Below are positions 61,063-64,000 of a stretch of 64,000 bases of DNA, one piece after another. The position numbers and the translations under genes are program-made. The notes under the pieces were generated by a model. It was not told the DNA's origin. It was given only the letters and a program-made list of their open reading frames with translations, and made no database searches. Source of the DNA: Octopus vulgaris (Eukaryota); the NCBI GenBank assembly GCA_951406725.2, contig OX597826.1, positions 22,940,001 through 23,004,000 on the forward strand. The letters run 5' to 3'. The first letter of the stretch is position 1; the number at the start of each line of letters is the position of its first letter.

Positions 61063-62181
61063 ATGACTAACTTGCAGGCCTGCAACAGACGAAATTGGTC
61101 TGATAACGAAATTGATGTTTTAATAAACACATGGTTCTCTCTTTCCCAAACAGAAAATCTAAATGTTTTGTGTTTGAATGAGATTGCCGAAAAAACATCA
61201 CAAGTGGTCAACACACGATCCGTCAAACAGATTCGTAGCAAGCTGAAACATATCGAAGTATCTTTCAAACTGACAAAAGGCCATTTTGAAAAGCTTCTTC
61301 ATATTTTCACAGTTCAAGAACAGCAACAGCTAGAAAATCAGCAGCCACAACAACAACAACAGAATGAGCCACTCCTGGTTCCCAGCACAATGGCTGACCC
61401 TAACATCGGTCAAGCACAACAACAACAACAACAGCCACAGCAACAAGAACAACAACAGCCACTCCCCAACTCTAGCTTACTAGATGATTCACTAAATGCC
61501 AGTATCTTTTCACCGCTCTCACAGCAACCACCACAATTATCATCATCATCATCACCACCGCTGCCACCATCGTCTTCTATCACCAAAAATACCAACAGAA
61601 AACCAAATAAGAAACCACTGCCCTCTTCCCCCACATCACCACCTCAATACTACTGCAGTAACAAAAACTTAAAGAAACATAGGAAGCAGAATGCGCCCCC
61701 CACGGCACAAACAAGAAATCCCCAAATATGCCGCTATTCACTGCGCCAGAGACTCTGCACAAATAGTGACTGCATCTTCACGCATCTACCCGGCACTAGA
61801 CGCACTACCGGCCAAGGCCAAAGCACGCATCCCACAATAACATCAACACCACCAAATAGTAAATCGAAATTCAAAACACACACAACTCGGAGTCCCAAAA
61901 TCTGCCGGTATTCCCAACGTGAGAGAACATGTCTACTGAGTGACTGTCCCTTCACTCATCTTCCAGGGACCCGACGCACAAACAGAAACGGGGCTTCAAG
62001 CCAACACACAAACCTGAATAAAAATAAAAATAGAAACACACCATGCTGCAGTAATGCTGGTCCAGTCTTTTCAGGAAGACACAAAAACAACAACAACAAA
62101 AGTGGAAACTACAACCCTATCCAACAGTGCAACCACACCTCCAGCCAAAAACTGCTCCCTAAGCAGGAAAATTCTTTTTAG
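61063..62181 (+). CDS. LINE ORF1: Myb/SANT-like N-terminus, polyQ, two CCCH zinc fingers
   Basis: RNWSDNEIDVLI...TRSVKQIRSKLKH; CRYSLRQRLCTNSDCIFTH and CRYSQRERTCLLSDCPFTH. Confidence 0.8.
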   Translation: MTNLQACNRRNWSDNEIDVLINTWFSLSQTENLNVLCLNEIAEKTSQVVNTRSVKQIRSKLKHIEVSFKLTKGHFEKLLHIFTVQEQQQLENQQPQQQQQNEPLLVPSTMADPNIGQAQQQQQQPQQQEQQQPLPNSSLLDDSLNASIFSPLSQQPPQLSSSSSPPLPPSSSITKNTNRKPNKKPLPSSPTSPPQYYCSNKNLKKHRKQNAPPTAQTRNPQICRYSLRQRLCTNSDCIFTHLPGTRRTTGQGQSTHPTITSTPPNSKSKFKTHTTRSPKICRYSQRERTCLLSDCPFTHLPGTRRTNRNGASSQHTNLNKNKNRNTPCCSNAGPVFSGRHKNNNNKSGNYNPIQQCNHTSSQKLLPKQENSF

Positions 62182-64000
62182 CCATGTTGAACATGGCAAA
62201 AGAGATACACAAAAACATTCTAGCCATCACTCAACACCATCCTATGCTATTACCCCAGTGCACCAATTCCCCACATTGCTGCCACTAACACACACAAAAA
62301 ATCCAAGCCCCCTGCAACAGTCAAAACCAGCCACTACACTAACCTCCACATTCCTACTCAATGCACAAGGTGTCAGCCCTTCCATCAATGCACAAAAATG
62401 GAAGGTCCAATTCATTGAAGACTGGGTTGGTAACCATTCACACCACATCCCTTTCTTCATTCTCACTGAGACCCACCTTGACAACTCCCACTTGGAAGCC
62501 GAAGTGAGAGTGAAGAATTTCACAACCATCCGCGCGGATCGTATCGGCAGGAGGAAGGGTGGAACTGCCATTTTCCTGCATGATTCATTTACGGCAGATG
62601 GAAATAGTATATTCTCCAACGGCTACTGTGAATCAGTCACCGTGCACAACAAAGCCAATGACCTGACAGTAATTGGGCTCTATAGGCCGCCCCAAACACC
62701 CATACTGTGCTTTAAAGAATGCCTCAACAGCATTAAGTGCTTTATTCAACAGTGCCATTCTAGCAACATACTCATGATGGGAGACTTCAATCTACCCTGT
62801 GTTGACTGGACTACAAACTGTTTGAAACCAAGCACTCCCGCCTCAACCGCTGACAAAGAAGCAGCAGAGTCACTTTTCGACTTTACGAATGAGTTTTTCT
62901 TGTCCCAACTTGTCCTTGCACCAACAAGACATCAGAACATTTTGGACCTAGTGTTTAGTAACCACACTAACACTATACATAACGTTACAGTGGAAAAAAC
63001 CCTTCTTTCAGACCATGACATGGTTCTCTGTAACATGAAATTCCACCAGCCGAAAGCTAATCCTAGTGACCTTCCTCCAGCCCACCCATTTGACAACATG
63101 GATCTCCATAATGCCAACTGGGATGCAATCAGGAACGAGCTATCACATGTTGACTGGTCCTTTACACATACACACATCTCCACCAACCATAAAACATCTT
63201 GGCAGATCTTTGTAGACACCGTCACAGACATATGTGCAAAACACTCCCCACCAAGACCTGTGAACAAAAAGTGCAGAATCCCCCAAAACAGAAAAACCAT
63301 TATCAGAAAAATAAAAAGAACAAACAAAAAAATTAACAAACTAAAGTACTGCCAACAGCAACACACACATTCGACGGCTATCGCACTGCTTGAATCTAAA
63401 AAATATAACCTCCAACAATGCATGAAGACCCTCATCAATAACCAAAGATCAGCTGAGGAGAAGTGGGCCATTGAAAAAATCAAACTCAACCCCAAAGTGT
63501 TCTTTTCATTTGCGAGGAAACGCAGGGTCACTGTCTCCACTGTAGGCCCTCTAATTGACGAAACTGGCACTCTCCAAGATAATGCCAAATCCATGGCCGA
63601 GATACTGCAGAAACAATACTGCTCTGTTTTCAGCAATCCTGATATGGCCGATCTGGGCTGTATCAGTGATGTCAACCCCCAACACACTATATCGGACATA
63701 ACGTTTAGTGCCCCTGATGTCTTAGCGGCGATAAACGAAATAAAACACAATTCAGCAGTAGGCCCCGATAGGTTCCCTGCTTGTGTCCTGAAGGTGTGTC
63801 GACACCAACTTGCATCTCCCCTTGCTAATCTGTGGAGAAACTCACTGGATGCTGGCTATATTCCAAAAAACCTTCTGTCCCAGTCTGTTGTCCCAGTTTT
63901 CAAAAAGGGAAACAAGTCCCTTGCAGTGAATTACCGTCCGATCTCACTCACCTCTCATATCATCAAGGTATTTGAGAGGGTGGTGAGATCTCGAATAACC
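62054..64000 (+). CDS. LINE ORF2 (APE endonuclease to start of RT), partial; missing from the ORF track
   Basis: Frame open from 62018, ATG at 62054, no stop to 64000 by manual translation: [38 protein letters not shown]. Confidence 0.92.
   Translation, partial: MLVQSFQEDTKTTTTKVETTTLSNSATTPPAKNCSLSRKILFSHVEHGKRDTQKHSSHHSTPSYAITPVHQFPTLLPLTHTKNPSPLQQSKPATTLTSTFLLNAQGVSPSINAQKWKVQFIEDWVGNHSHHIPFFILTETHLDNSHLEAEVRVKNFTTIRADRIGRRKGGTAIFLHDSFTADGNSIFSNGYCESVTVHNKANDLTVIGLYRPPQTPILCFKECLNSIKCFIQQCHSSNILMMGDFNLPCVDWTTNCLKPSTPASTADKEAAESLFDFTNEFFLSQLVLAPTRHQNILDLVFSNHTNTIHNVTVEKTLLSDHDMVLCNMKFHQPKANPSDLPPAHPFDNMDLHNANWDAIRNELSHVDWSFTHTHISTNHKTSWQIFVDTVTDICAKHSPPRPVNKKCRIPQNRKTIIRKIKRTNKKINKLKYCQQQHTHSTAIALLESKKYNLQQCMKTLINNQRSAEEKWAIEKIKLNPKVFFSFARKRRVTVSTVGPLIDETGTLQDNAKSMAEILQKQYCSVFSNPDMADLGCISDVNPQHTISDITFSAPDVLAAINEIKHNSAVGPDRFPACVLKVCRHQLASPLANLWRNSLDAGYIPKNLLSQSVVPVFKKGNKSLAVNYRPISLTSHIIKVFERVVRSRIT

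Larger units (their letters stand above)
60762..64000 (+). mobile_element. Apparently intact CR1-group LINE, 5' part (continues beyond the window)
   Basis: 5' UTR after (TA)n, ORF1, then uninterrupted ORF2 to the window edge. Confidence 0.92.

Noticed and set aside
62932-63750. Antisense ORFs over LINE and gag coding regions (also 3277-3705, 4859-5368, 59114-60192, 62242-62619)
   Set aside because: Shadow frames of real sense-strand ORFs, with no motifs.

Overview
Very repeat-dense, AT-rich eukaryotic DNA. The SINE/LINE repertoire and long (TA)n tracts look cephalopod (Octopus-like), but that is inference. I find no convincing host gene, and most listed ORFs are microsatellite artefacts. The window is a pile-up of mobile elements, most inserted into (TA)n: (1) CR1-group LINEs, one apparently intact and running off the right edge; (2) three decayed restriction-like-endonuclease LINE remnants; (3) tRNA-derived SINEs; (4) non-autonomous Helitrons, including a five-unit head-to-tail concatemer that captured a mariner fragment; (5) a gag-only non-autonomous retroelement with a 17-bp TSD; (6) Penelope-like element (PLE) remnants with GIY-YIG domains. 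The main signal absent from the ORF track is about 21 copies of about 11 distinct minimal type I hammerhead ribozyme (HHR) motifs, read by eye. They occur in PLE-type fold-back elements, in a roughly 490-bp retrozyme-like tandem array, and in the 3' half of a tRNA-headed SINE. None of the folds was computed or tested for activity.
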